Shown: positions 11,619 to 25,080 of the stretch, piece by piece
How positions within the stretch are numbered: position 1 is the stretch's first letter
How the letters are laid out: the number at the start of each line of letters is the position of its first letter
Assembly: GCF_022837055.1 (NCBI RefSeq)
Contig: NC_062566.1
Coordinates: forward strand, 66,926,464 to 66,990,463
DNA length: 64,000 bases
Direction: 5' to 3'
DNA from: Prionailurus viverrinus
Lineage: Eukaryota
Made by a program: the position numbers and the translations under genes
The notes under the pieces: model-generated
Database searches by the model: none
What the model was told of the DNA's origin: nothing
The model's input: only the letters and a program-made list of their open reading frames with translations

Positions 11619-13350
11619 CACACGCGCATGTGCGTGCACACACGCTCCTGCTGACAGAGCAGATTCTCAGGGACCCAACCTGAAACTGGACAAATTTGCT
11701 GGAACAGACTCCATATACCAACTCTTTAAGGGAAAAACAAGGACGTATTCTAGGGATCTGTTGGGACAAGCACTAGACAAGACTACCAGATGAGAAATGC
11801 CATTTCCTGCTCCCAGATAGTTACAATCTTGAGAGCCATCCCTCTGGCAAGGGAAGGGACACTTTGTAGTTTGTGGCAAGAAGGAAAAGGACACCCATTT
11901 ACCCTTTTAGCTAGACTCTGTTATGGGAAGAGTCTCATGGGAAAGGGAACTGGAGGATGGGAAAGGAGAGTGAGGAGGAGGAGGAGTTATTCCTCCCCTT
12001 ACATTTATACTTCTCCTCCCCCTCTCCCCCATAGTATTCCCAGCCCAAATGATCTTAATGGTCTTCCTGATCCTCTCTTTTATCAACTATCTGCCACAAA
12101 CCCCCCATTCCTCCCCAGAAACCCCAGCCTACAAGCCACTTGTTTCTTTAGGTGAACTCAATGGGAAGCTGGCTGAGAACTGTATTAAGGGGAAGGCATG
12201 CCTCTGAATGTCACCTCCCCTTGGAGCAGGGTACGTCATTAGCCCAAGCCTGCTCAGAAAAGACATACATTCTGTATGACATTTGCAAGTTGACCATCAC
12301 ACTCAGAAACCTATAAGTCCCTGGGCTGGCCAGTTTACAATCTTGCCTTATTTGTCCCAGCCTAACCTAAGTCATTGACACTAAACTGGGTAAAGGGGTA
12401 ATGATCTTGGCTGAATGAAGGCAAGCTAGGAGGTGCCCCTCAAAAACTTAATTTTTCTCTGTTCTTTTACATAAATAGTATTTTCTTTGAAAATATGGTC
12501 CCATGGCGGTGAGGTCCAGAGGGTAGTTGCTTTGGCATGTTTTCCATCTTCTCCTCAGCCACTGGGGTACTCACAGAGACCATGATCTCTGGAGACCTCA
12601 AGGTGAGAACCATGTTCAGGCACGGAGCACACTTGTTATCTCCCCGCCTTGTCTTGCCACTAATGGTTCAACTTCTGTTTCCGGGACCCTGCTACAGCTA
12701 TCCTTGCCTTCCTGTGGACATACTTTCCTACCTGTGCATTTCTGCCACAATTGGCAAGGCCCTCTACTCCAGCCTTCTGTGCAGAATGACCTAGAGCCCT
12801 GGTTTCTGCCTGAGGGCCTAGGGCATAGGTAATGAAATGGCAAGAGGCTTCACCAATCACATCAAGAGTAGATTACACATAGGTAATCTCACATCTCACC
12901 TTCCTTCACCATTTCTCCCCATCCCTCATTTCACTGACAAATTGTATGATGTTCTTTGGTTATCAAATTTGGTATTTCCACCCCCCTCCCCCAACTTACA
13001 CACAAACTTCCATTCCCCTCTTTGGCACTGGTGGTACCTAGATAGTCCTACTGCTTTGGGATGGGGTTCTCTCCCCACGAAGAATGTGTGTTCCCAATCT
13101 CATTTCCAGGCTCCTGTATGACTGGAGAGGCTCCAGGAAATAGGACTGGCATGGGTGTGCGGAATGGGAGCTGCCTGGGGCCAGAGTGTCAATATGGCTA
13201 GGATTTCTGCAGTTGTCAAGGGCAAGGGTCTTGCCTGTATGGGCTCCCTAATCACTACTAGGTGAGTGAACAGAGGGGCAAGATCAGTGAGATAAACTTT
13301 ACCTAGCCCATTGTCTGGCATAGAGGAGATGCTAAAAAACCAATAATGAC

Positions 13351-13554
13351 GGGGCGCCTGGGTGGCGCAGTCGGTTAAGCGTCCGACTTCAGCCAGGTCA
13401 CGATCTCGCGGTCCGTGAGTTCGAGCCCCGCGTCAGGCTCTGGGCTGATGGCCCAGAGCCTGGAGCCTGTTTCCGATTCTGTGTCTCCTTCTCTCTCTGC
13501 CCCTCCCCCGTTCATGCTCTGTCTCTCTCTGTCCCAAAAATAAATAAACGTTGA
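13351..13554 (+). mobile_element. Young CAN-SINE with perfect 16-bp TSD
   Basis: Head GGGGCGCCTGGGTGGCGCAGTCGGTTAAGCGTCCGACTTCAG, CpG-rich. TSD aaaaaccaataatgac at 13336-13350 and 13555-13570. Confidence 0.9.
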
Positions 13555-16500
13555 AAAACCAATAATGACTTAAGGGGATTCATGTGGGTGGGGTAAAACC
13601 TTCAAAGAATAGGATAAAACTTAATATGCCCAGCAACCTCTAGGAAAGGTAGGTGAAAATGAGTGGAATGCATTGCTTCTGAAATGCATTGATTTCTGCC
13701 TCTGCCTGCTCTTCTCCTCAAGCCATGAGCATGGTGTCTGCCTTTATCCCCCTGAAGTCTATTGGAATCTTCGGTGCCATTCTGTCCTCTGCCCTTTCCT
13801 GTTTTGTTTCAACCCCCAAAGTCTTCTAGGTTAGTTGGTATCTTACCAAGAGGCTTGGGGGAGAAGGAGAAAATGCAATAGAGTCTAGGGCCATCCTAAG
13901 AGTATATTTTTGAGGAGGAGTACAAGAGGGCTCCGTCTCAGCAACCAGGAGTTAGATGATGATTTAGGGAGGTGGAGAGGACTGTGGTTGGTTGGTGTTT
14001 AGGAGACAATCCAAGCTCACATAGCAAAATTCAAAGTCTGCCTGTATATCAAGGCAAAGTTTAGGGAGGGTATCAATCTTCCATCTGCCTCCCGTTTTCC
14101 CTCCCCACATTACCAGGAATCTCACCACACTCTACTCTCATCCTTTCTTCATGTTAAGACCTGTAAGCTCCCTCAACTCTTTCCTCTGTGCTCCTCACTT
14201 GCTCCTGCCTCTCTATAGGAGTAGGGGCTATTCCCCCTCTTCCTGGAACCATCCCCCAATGACCACCATGCCTTCTTTTAGTGGTTGTGCCAGAATAAAC
14301 TACCCAGTAGTTGGCTTTTTTAGGAAAAGCTATGGCAGGAGCCATGAACCTATGTGAGGCTATCTGCTCACGTTCTGTATTGCTATAGCTTTCATCCTTA
14401 CTGGTGAGTACTTCTTCTCCACCCTCACACAGGGCTTCATTAATCACCTTTCCCCTCATGGCCCTCACTGCCCTACCTCTGACTTTTAGGGCTTGACCCT
14501 AAAGCCTCTTTTCTAGATCTCTAGTCCTGAAAGTGGAAGTCTGTTAACTTGGTGATGGTATGCATGGAAGTTGGAGGGGGGAGTAGGGAATAGGGAGCAT
14601 GGGGGAAGGAAGCCAGAATATGATGATGTCCTTGTATCTCTAGACCTCAATCCCATGACTCATTTGGAGACCAACCTCCTGACCCTGCATCTCTTCCAAA
14701 GCTGATGTGGACACCACCCTATCATCTCCAACTTTTTCCTTTGCTCCTATCCCCTTGTCAACTTTGGTAGTTTTCATGCCTCCCTTAACTGGGTGCCTGG
14801 TTAGTATGGGCACGTATTAGTATGTGGTTATACTAACAGGGTTGGGAGGACCTGAGAGAGAGGAGCATCCTTGGGGTGCAAGAGTGGGTGGTACTGAGGC
14901 TAGGACAAAGGATTGGCTGAATTTACTCTCCCCTGCAGTCTAGTGCCCTTCTTTTCACAAGTACAGCCCCTGGCTCACCCTCCTGGGCTTTCTGCTCTGC
15001 CTATCACATTCCTTCTCACCTGGTGGGCAGCAGTCACTGCTATGTTGCTTATCCTTTGGCTACTGCTCTTTATATTCTACAAGAAACCTGGTGAATAAGT
15101 GGGCAGGTGGGTAAGGGAGTGAGGGAGTGTGATATGGCACGAGGTTGACGCCCATAAGAAGCCCAGAACTACCAACAGTAACTCATTTCCTTTCCTACCT
15201 GAGAAATGAGGCCCCACCTCTAATCATTCTGCACCACCCCTTCTGCAGCAGATGTGAACTGGAGCTTTTCAGTCCAGGTGAGCATCTATCACATGGCACT
15301 ATCCTATTCAGTGAACTTGACCAACGTGCAGGACCATGTCAAGAACTTCTGGTGAGATTGAACACTGGTGTCCTCCGGAATGGATCTTACCTGCGTGAGT
15401 TCAGATGGTACAGCATTTATAATTTTTAAAATTAATTGCCAATATTTAACATGCATCTGGGAATTTGGGGCCTCCATCCCACATGACACATTCTGCTGGA
15501 GCTGAGTAGCTGCTCTCCCATGGGATAGGGCACTGATTCTTCAGTTTGCCACAGTTCCCACCTGGTCCACTTTATTCTTTGATACTATATAATGACTGGT
15601 TCTTAAAGGCTTCTGAGATTTCAATCCCTGCTCTAGCCATAAAAGGAAACCAGCTTCCCCAAATCTAGGAGGGGCCGTGAGGAAAAGGAAGGAAACAGAA
15701 TGCTAGCAGGGTAGATGGAGTAAGCCTCCCTGAGGAAGGATGCTCCATGGCAGAGCAGATGCCACAGGAATCAGTTACCAGCTTCCCTTGTGCTCTGAGA
15801 TGGAAAAGTCTAATACTCTTGGTTTCTCTCTAAAATCCCCCAGCAGGTGGGGAAGAGCTGATCTCTATTCCTTGCTGAAACTAGAATTCTTTTTTCTACA
15901 GCTAAAAGGCTTTTGAAGACTTAGTAGCCTTATACCAGCTACAACAGCTACCACCAAAGGGGGAACCTGAAATGTACTTTTCTCAACACTCCTGTTCCTT
16001 CAGGCTACACCTCTGAGCAGGACTTACAGGCAAATAAAAAGCAGGTATATAGGAACAGGGCCAGCAAATGGGGAAATAGTCTCAGAGTAGGAACTGACCA
16101 TGGTGCTCTCCTGTCCTCTGCTCATTCTTCCTAATCATGTAGTCAGAATGGCACATATCTTCGTGAAGTCCTGTGGCAATATTCCCAGGATGCTGCCCTC
16201 ATAGACATGGGAGTCTGCAGAAATTCCAAACCACAGAGCAAAGGCCCCAAGGGTAGGGCTGATCTGATGATTAGGTAAACTGAGGAACAGGTTCCCTTCC
16301 TCACACTGCCTTTTGTTAACAGGAGCCTACCTTTGATCCCTCAGTCACCCTGCCTTGGGGCCCTATACATGACTTGATTGGATGCTATCCAGTGGCCTGA
16401 CAACCCCCCACTGCCTTCATCTGTGGAAATCAGCAGGACATAATGATCTTGTATACTGTCAATAAGAGACTCAGGAGAGACTGAGCTAGGAAGAGGACTT

Positions 16501-17227
16501 CAAAAGTTAGGACCCAAGCAGCCATGATTTTAGTCTCTTGGTTCTATAAACTGTGAGGCTATCTTGGGAAGCCTCAGCCAAGATCCCAAAGCTCCCTAAG
16601 GAAAGAAGTCTCCTAATAAGCAGTACCAGCTGGGTCTACAGTGCTAAATGTCTTCCCTGTAGGATCCATTCCATCCTATAATAGTAATAAAAACTTATAA
16701 ATAAATACCCAAGGCTACTGTATAACATACTTGATGCCTATTTATAAAATTAACTCCCCAAGCCTAGAGGGCACAGATCATTCCTGTACTCAAATATATT
16801 TAAGGAGAGGAATTTATCTTTCTACTTGTGTCCCACTCTATTTTCCACTCTCGAATTTCTGATTTTAAATGTCCATGTTTTAGTGTATTTTCAACCCTCT
16901 ATGGGTCTTTGTCCATGAAAATGTCTTTATCAGCACTTTCTACTTAGTAAGTAACTGAAAACGTATTCTTTTCCTAAGCGCATATAATCCCAATTCTTTT
17001 TATCTTTTGGCCCAAGTCTTACATTTATAGTCTTTGATTATCTCTTTGGTTTACCTCTGCATCAATTTATTCATTCCTTCAGCAAATGCTGAGTGTCCAC
17101 CCTATTCTAAGTACTGGGAGATGACATGGCAATGAATCAAACAAGATAAAAATCCCTTCCGCTCAGGGAATTTGTATTCTAACAGGAGGAGTCAAACAAC
17201 AAACATAAATAAAACTATTAGATTAGA

Positions 17228-19560
17228 AGGCGGTAAGTGCTAATAATAAAGCAGAAAAAAGGAGGGAAACAAAGGCAAAACATCATAATGCAAGACTTAG
17301 AGAACTCAGTGACTTATAAAAAGGAATAAAATTGGAATCATAGGAGTCCCAGAAGATGAAGAGAGAGAAAAAGGGGCAGAAGGTTTATGTGAGCAAATTA
17401 CAGCAGAAAACTTTCCTCTTCTGGGGAAGGACACAGACATCAAAATCTAAGAAGCACAGAGAACTCTCAGTAGATTCAATGAAAACCAACCATCACCAAG
17501 GCATACTGTAGTCAAATTCACAAAATACACAGATGATGAAAGAATTATGAAAGCAACAAGGGTAAAAAGTCCTTAACCTATAAGGGAAGACAGATCAGGT
17601 TTGCAGCAGACCTATCCACAGAAACTTGGCAGGCCAGAAAGGAGTGGCAGGATATTTTCAATGTGCTGAATCAGAAAAATATGCAGCCAAGAATTCTTTA
17701 TCCAGCAAGGGTGCCATTCAAAATAGAAGGAGAGATAAAGCATTTTCCAGACAAATGAAAATTAACCATCCCTGCAAGAAATTTTAAGGGGGACCCTTTG
17801 AGTGGAGAAGACAAAACAAAACAAAAAAGACCAAAACCAACAAAGACTAAGGATGAGTACTCACTCTAAATGTCAATAGACTAAACACTTCAATCAAAAG
17901 ATACAGGATATCAGAATGGATAAGAAAACAAGACCCATCTATATGCTGCTTACAAGAGATCCATTTTAGACACAAAGACACCAGCAGATTGAAAGTAAGG
18001 GGATGGAGAACCATCTATCATGCTATTGGTGGTCAAAAGAAAGCTGAAGTAGCCATACTTAGACAAACTAGATTTTAAAATAAAGACCATGACAAGAGAT
18101 GAATAAGGACATTATATTGTAATTAAGGGGTCTATCCCCCAAGAAGATCTAACAATTATAAATATATATGCTCCCAACGTGGAAGAACCCAAATATATAA
18201 ATCAATTAACCACAAACATAAAGAAACTCATTGATAATAATACCATAACAGTAGGGGACAGATGGACAGATCATCCAAGCAGGTATCTACAAGGAAACAA
18301 TAGTTCTGAATGACACACTGGACCAGATGGACTTAACAGATACATTCAGAACATTTCATCCTAAAGCAGCAGAATACACATTCTTCTTGAGTGTAGATGG
18401 AACATTCTTCAGAACAGATCAGATACTGGGTCACAAATCAGTCTTCGACAGGTACAAAAAGATCAAGATCATACCTTGCATATTTTCAGACCACAACGCT
18501 ATGACTCGAGAAACCAACCACAAGAAAAGTTTGGAAAGACCATGAATACTTGGAGATTAAAGAACATCCTACTAAAGAATGAATGGGTGAACCAAGAAAT
18601 TAAAGAGGAAATTAAAAAGTACATGGAAACCAATGAAAATAAAAACACGATCAAAACTAAGAGGCAACTGACAGAATGGGAGAAGATATTTGCAAACAAC
18701 ATACCAGATGAAGGGTTAGTATCCAAAATCTATAAAGAACTTATCAAACTCAACACCCAAAAAATAATCCAGTGAAGAAGTGGGCAAAAGACATGAATAT
18801 ACACTTCTCCAAGGAAGACATCCAGATGGCCAACTGACACGTGAAAAAATGCTCAACATCACTCATCATCAGGGAAATACAAATCAAAACCACAATGAGA
18901 TACCATTTCACACCTGTCAGAATGGCTAACATTAACAACTCAGGCAACAACAGATGTTGGCAAGGATGTGGAGAAAGAGGAACCCTTTTGCACTGAATGC
19001 AGACTGGTGCAGCCACTCTAGAAAACAGTATGGAGGTTCTTCAAAAAATTAAAAATACAACTACCCTACGACCCAGCAATTGCACTACTAAATATATATC
19101 TAAGGATACAGGTATGCTGTTTCAGAGGCACACATGCACCCCAGTGTTTATAGCAGCACTATCAACAATAGCCAAAGTATGGAAAGAGCCCAAATATCCA
19201 TCAATGGATGAATGGGTAAAGAAGACGTGGTATACATATACAATGGAGCATTACTCGGCAATCAAAAGAATGAAATCTTGCAACTACGTGGATGGAACCA
19301 GAGGGTGTTATGCTAAGCAAAATTATTCAGAGAAAGACAAATATCATGACTTCACTCATATGAGGACTTTAAAATATAAAACAGATGAACATAAGGAAAG
19401 GGAAGCAAAAATAATATAGAAACTGGGAGGGGGACAAAACATAAGAGACTTTTAAATATGCAGAACAGAGAGTTACTGGAGAGGTTGTGGGAGGGGGGAT
19501 AGGCGAAATGGGTAAGGGGCATTAAGGAATCTACTCCTGAAATCATTGTTGCAATATATG
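17228..19560 (+). mobile_element. LINE-1 fragment A: end of ORF1/inter-ORF, ORF2 endonuclease domain, then a deletion junction (about 18650) directly to the ORF2 C-terminus and 3'UTR; many stops
   Basis: Translations match L1 ORF2 EN (LNDTLDQMDLTDTFRTFHPKAAEYTFFLSVDGTFFRTDQILGHK) and the C-terminus ([29 protein letters not shown]...[34 protein letters not shown]). A-rich end near 19575-19625. Confidence 0.8.
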
Positions 19561-19629
19561 CTAACTAACTTGGATGTAAATTAAAAAATAAATTTAAAAA
19601 ACTTAGGGAAAAAAAAAAAGAAAAACACA

Positions 19630-22600
19630 ACAACCAAAAACCTCTGGGATGCAGCAAAGCAGTCATAAGAGAGGAGTATGTAGCAATCCAGACCTTCCTA
19701 AAGAAAGAAGAAAGGTCACAAATATACAACCTAACCTTACACCTAGAAGAGCTGGAAAAAGAACAGCAAATAAGGCCCAAAACTAGCAAATAAGGGAAAC
19801 AATAAAGATTAGAACAGAAACCAATGCTATTGAAATTAAAAAAAAAACAAAAAACAAATAAGCAAAAACAAACAAACAAACAGTAGAGCAGATCAATGAA
19901 ACCAGGAGCTGATTCTTTGAAAGAACTAACAAAATTGATAAACCCCTAGCCAGATTGATCAAAAAGAAAATGGAAAGGACCCAAATAAATAAAATGATGA
20001 ATGAAAGAGGAGAGATCACAACCAACACCACAGAAATACAAATAATGAGAGAATATTATGAACAATTATATGCCAACAAATTGGGCAGTCTGGTAGAAAT
20101 GGACAAATTCCTAGAAACATATAAACTACCAAAACTAAAACAGGAAGAAAGAGAATTTGGAACAAACCCATAACTAGTAAAGAAATTGAATCACCAATCA
20201 AAAATCTCCTAACAAACAAGAGTCCAGGGCCAGATGGCTTTCCAGGGGAATTGTACCAAACACTTAAAGAAGGATTAACTCCTATTCTTTTGAAGCTATT
20301 CCAAAAAATAGAAATGGGAGGAAAACTTCCAAAGTCATTCTACAAGGCTAGCATTACCTTGAGTCCAAATCAGACAAAGACTCCACTAAAAAGGAGAATT
20401 ACAGACCAATTTCCCTGATGAACATGGATGCAAAAATCTCAATAAGGCACTAGCAAACCAGATCCAACAATACATTAAAAGAATTATTCACCACGATCAA
20501 GTGGGATTTATTCCTGGGATACAGGGCTGATTCAATATCTGCAAATCAATCAATGTGATACATCACATTAATAAAAGAAAGGACAAGAATCACAGGATCC
20601 TCTCAATAGATGCAGAGAAAGCATTTGACAAAATACAGCATCCTTTCTTGATAAAAACCCTCAAGAAAGTAGGGATAGAAGGATCATACCTCAAGATCAT
20701 ACAGGCCATATATTAAAGACCCACTGCTAATATCATCCTCAATGGGGAAAAACTGAGAGCTTTGCCCCAAGGTCAGTAACACGACAAGGATGTCCACTCT
20801 CACCACTGTTATTCAACATAGAATTGGAAGTCCTAGCCTCAGCAATCAGACAACGCAAAGAAATAAAAGCCATCCAAATCAGCCAGGAGGAGGTCAAATT
20901 TTCACTCTTTGCAGACAACGCGATACTCTGTGGAAAACCAAAAAGACTCCCCTAAAAAGCTGCTAGAACTGATACATTCAGCAAAGTTTCAGGATATAAA
21001 ATCAATGTACAGAAATTGGTTGCATTTCTATATACCAATAATAAAGCAGCAGGAAGAGAAATCAAGGAATCGATCCCGTTTACAATTTCATTGAAAACCA
21101 TAAAATACCTAGGAATAAACCAAACCAGAAAGGTGAGAAGTCTATACACTGAAAACTATTGAAAGTTTATGAAAGAAATTGAAGACACACTAAAAAAATG
21201 GAAATAAACATTCCATCCTCATGGATTAGAGGAACAACTATTGTTAAAATGCCGATACCACCCAAAGCAATCTACATATTCAATACAATTCCTATCAAAA
21301 CAACACCAGCATTTTTCACAGAGCTAGAAAAAACAATCCTAAAATTTGTGAAACCAGAAAAGACCCCGAATAGCCAAAGCAATCCTGAAAAAGAAAACCA
21401 AAGCTGGAGGCATCACAATTCCAGACTGCAAGCTGTATTATAAAGTTGTCATCATCAAGACAGTATGGTACTAGCACAAGAACAGACACATAGATCAATG
21501 GAACAGAAAAGAGAACTCAGAAATGGACCCACAAACGTATGGCCAACTAATATTTGACAAAGCAGGAAAGAATATCCAATGGAAAAAAGACAGTCTCTTC
21601 AGCAAATGGTGTTGGGAAAACTGGACAGAGACATGAAGAAGAATGAACCTGAACCACTCTCTTAAACCATACACAAAAATAAACTCAAAATGGATGAAAG
21701 ACCTAAATGTAACACAGGATGAAAGACATCATAATCCTGGAGGAGAAAACAGGCAACAACCTCTTTGATCTTTGGTGCAGCAATTTTTTACTTGACACAA
21801 GGGAAACAAAAGCAAAAGTGAACTATTGGGACATCATCAAAATAAAAAGCTTCTGCACAGTGAAGGAAACAATGAGTAAAACTAAAAGGCAACCAACAGC
21901 ATGGGAGAAGATATTTGTAAATGACATAGCAGATAAAGAGTTAGTATCCAAAATCTATAAAGAACTTATCAAACTCAACACCCAAAAAAATAATCCAGTG
22001 AAGAAATGGGCAAAAGACATGAATAGACACCTCCAAAGACATCCAGATGGCTAACAGACACATGAAAAAATGCTCAACATCACTCCTCATTCGGGAAATA
22101 CAAATCAAAACCACAATGAGATACCACTTCACACCTGTTAGAATGGGTAAAATTAACTCAGGCAACAAGGATGTTGGCAAGGATGTGGAGAAAGAGGAAC
22201 CGTTTTGCACTGTTGGTGGGAATGCAAACTGGTGGAGCCACTCTGGAAAACAGTATGGAGGTCCCTCAAAAAATTAAAAATACAACTACCCTATGACCCA
22301 GCAATTGTACTACTAGGTAATTATCCAAAGGATACAGGAAAGCTGATTCAAAGGGGCACATGCACCCCAATGTTTATAGCAGCACTATCAACAATAGCCT
22401 AAGTATGGAAAGAGCCCAAATGCCCATCAATAGATGAATGGATAAAGAAGATATTACTCGGATAATATATATGGAATGGAATATTACTTGGCAATCAAAA
22501 AGAATGAAACCTTGCCATTTGCAACAACGTGGACAGAACTAGAGTGCAGTACGTTAAAGGAAACAAGTCAGAGAAAGTCAAATACGAGATGATTTCACTC

Positions 22601-22870
22601 AAATATGGAATTTAAGATACAAAACAGATGAACATAGGGAAGGGAAGCAAAAATAAAACAAGGAGGGAGACAAACCATAAGAGACTCTTAAATACATATA
22701 ACAAACTGAGGGCTGCTGGTGGGGTTTTGAGTGGGCGGATGGGCTAAAGGGCAAGGGGCATTAAGGAGGAGACTTGGGATAAGCACTAGGTGTTATATGT
22801 AAGTGATGAATCACTAAATTCTATTCCTGAAATTAAAATAAAGAAATAAAAATAAAAAATAAAAAATAAA
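19630..22870 (+). mobile_element. LINE-1 fragment B: 5'-truncated L1 (ORF2 from about aa 150 through RT to C-terminus + 3'UTR), degenerate
   Basis: ORF2 RT motifs ([39 protein letters not shown]), C-terminus ([15 protein letters not shown]...[14 protein letters not shown]), A-rich tail 22840-22880. Overlaps fragment A in ORF2 coordinates, so these are two elements. Confidence 0.8.
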
Positions 22871-24245
22871 GAAGGTAGTTAAGTACTATAAAGATAAATA
22901 ACAGGGAAGGGGGATAGAAAGTGCTGGAGGGGTGCAATTTTAAGTAGGGTTGTCAGACCTCACTAAAAGAAGAAAAGTTGACCAAAGACGTAAGATTATG
23001 GGACTGATGGAGCAAGCTATAGCTGAGGGAAGAGCTTTCTAGGCAGAGAAAGCAACAAGTATGAAGACCTTGAGGGACTGGTACACCTTCAGTGTTGAAG
23101 GAAAAACAAAAAGGCCAATGTTGCTGGAGGAGGGTGAACAAGGTGAGTAGCAGGAAATGAGGTCAAAGCAGTAAGCGGGGAGAGGAGGGCAGATCCTGGA
23201 GGGTCTCACTTACCCTTAAAGGACTCTAGTTTTTACTCTAATATAGGAAGACACAGAGGGTTTTGAGCAAAAGAGTCACATAACCTGGCTTCTATGTTAA
23301 CACTATTCAGTCTGGCTGCTGTGTTAAAAATGGACTGTAAGTGGGCAGTTGTGGAAGCAGATACACCAGCTACTGCAGAAGTCTTGGAGATAGAGAATTC
23401 TGGCTTGCTCTAGGGTGGAAGCAGTGGAAGTAAGAAGAAACAGGATTCTGGATATATTCTGAAGTTAAAGTCTATGTGATTTGATGAACCAGAGATGAAA
23501 AAGAGGTGTCAGGTAACATCAGGGTGCTTTGACATGGAGAATTATTAGGACGGGGTTGTCATTCACTGAAATAGGGAAGACGGCAGCAGTTAAAGGGGAG
23601 CAAAAAAGTCCAGCGTTTTGTATGTTAAATTTGAGATATCTATTAGGTATCCAAGTTGAAATGCCAATTGGCAGCTAGATATTCAGAACAGACTTCCAGT
23701 TTGGAACTAAAAATTGGGAGTCATCCACACTGAAATGGTTTTAATGTGTAAGACTGGATGAGCTCACTGCAAGTGTGTGTGTAAATAAATACAGAAGCAG
23801 TCCAAGGACTGGATTCTAGAGTTACTAGGTTGTAGAAATGAGGAGAAACCAGCAAAGGAAACAAAGGGCAGTCAGTAAACTAGAAGGCAAACCAGAGAAC
23901 ATGTCCTAAAGCTAAGTAAAGAAGGGCTTTCAAAGAGGGAGTGTCAAATGTTGCTATGCGGGATGAAGGTGAATACGCCATCAGATATGTGAAGTCATTG
24001 GTGACCTTGATAATAACAGTCTTGCTGGAGCGAACTTAACAAGGAATTGATTGTGAGGGAGTAGAAACAACTCTTTTAAGATGTTTTGCTATAAAACGGA
24101 ACAGAAAAATGGGAAGCAACTAAAAGGTGAAATGGGGTCAAGAGGCGTTCATGTATTTGTAAGATGAGGAAAATGACAGCATATTTGTGTGCTGAGAGGA
24201 AGATCTAGGAAAGAAAGGCAAATATTGACTCTAAAAAAATGAGAG

Positions 24246-24463
24246 AGGCGACTGGGTGGCTCAGTCAGTTAGGCCTCCAACTGTGGCCCTGGTCACGATC
24301 TCATAGTCAGTGGGTTTGAGCCCCACATAGGGCTCTGTGCTGACAGTTCAGAGCCTGGAGCCTGCTTTGGATTCTGTGTCTCCCTCTCTCTCTGCCCCTC
24401 CTTGCTCGCGCTCTCTCTCTCAAAAATAAACAAATATTTTAAAAATTTAAATAAATAAATAAA
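24246..24463 (+). mobile_element. CAN-SINE
   Basis: Head GAGGCGACTGGGTGGCTCAGTCAGTTAGGC, tail CAAAAATAAACAAATA...; TSD aaaaatgagag. Confidence 0.85.
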
Positions 24464-24856
24464 AATGAGAGGGAACTGCTGAGAGATGTCCTGAAAGGTT
24501 AGAGGATGGAATCTACCATTTAAGTAGTTGGACAGGAGCATGGATAGTTTGTTCATAGCAGTTTCTCAACCTTGAAACCAATGACATTTTAGCCTAGATA
24601 ATTCTTTGTGTGGGGAGCTGTTCTGTGCACTGCAGGATATTTTGCAGCATCCCTGGTTTCTACCCAGTAGTCCTGCGTTCCAGTTGTGACAACCAAACCT
24701 CTGGGGAGCAAATTCAATCCCAGCTGAGTATACAGTAACAGTTATTAACAGTATACTGGTATATACTAGCAGGAGAGAAAGCGGAGTACATGGGTATAAA
24801 TACTGGAAGGTGATTAGATGTAGTGGTGGGAGCTTGTGAACATTTTCTAATTGCTT

Positions 24857-25080
24857 TTTTTTTTCTAATTTTTTTAATGTTTATTTATTTTTGAGAGAGA
24901 GAGCAAGACAGCATGAGCAGGGAAGGCACAGAGAGAGACAGAGACATAGAATCCAAAGCAGATTCCAGGCTCTGAGCTGTCAGCACAGACAGAGCCCGAT
25001 GTGGGCTTGAACTCACAAACCGTGAGATCATGACCTGAGTCAAAGTCAGATGCTCAACTGACTGAGCTACCCAGGCACCC
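24857..25080 (-). mobile_element. CAN-SINE (reverse orientation)
   Basis: Ends ...ctgactgagctacccaggcaccc; T-rich start; TSD acattttct(a/g)attgctt. Confidence 0.85.
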
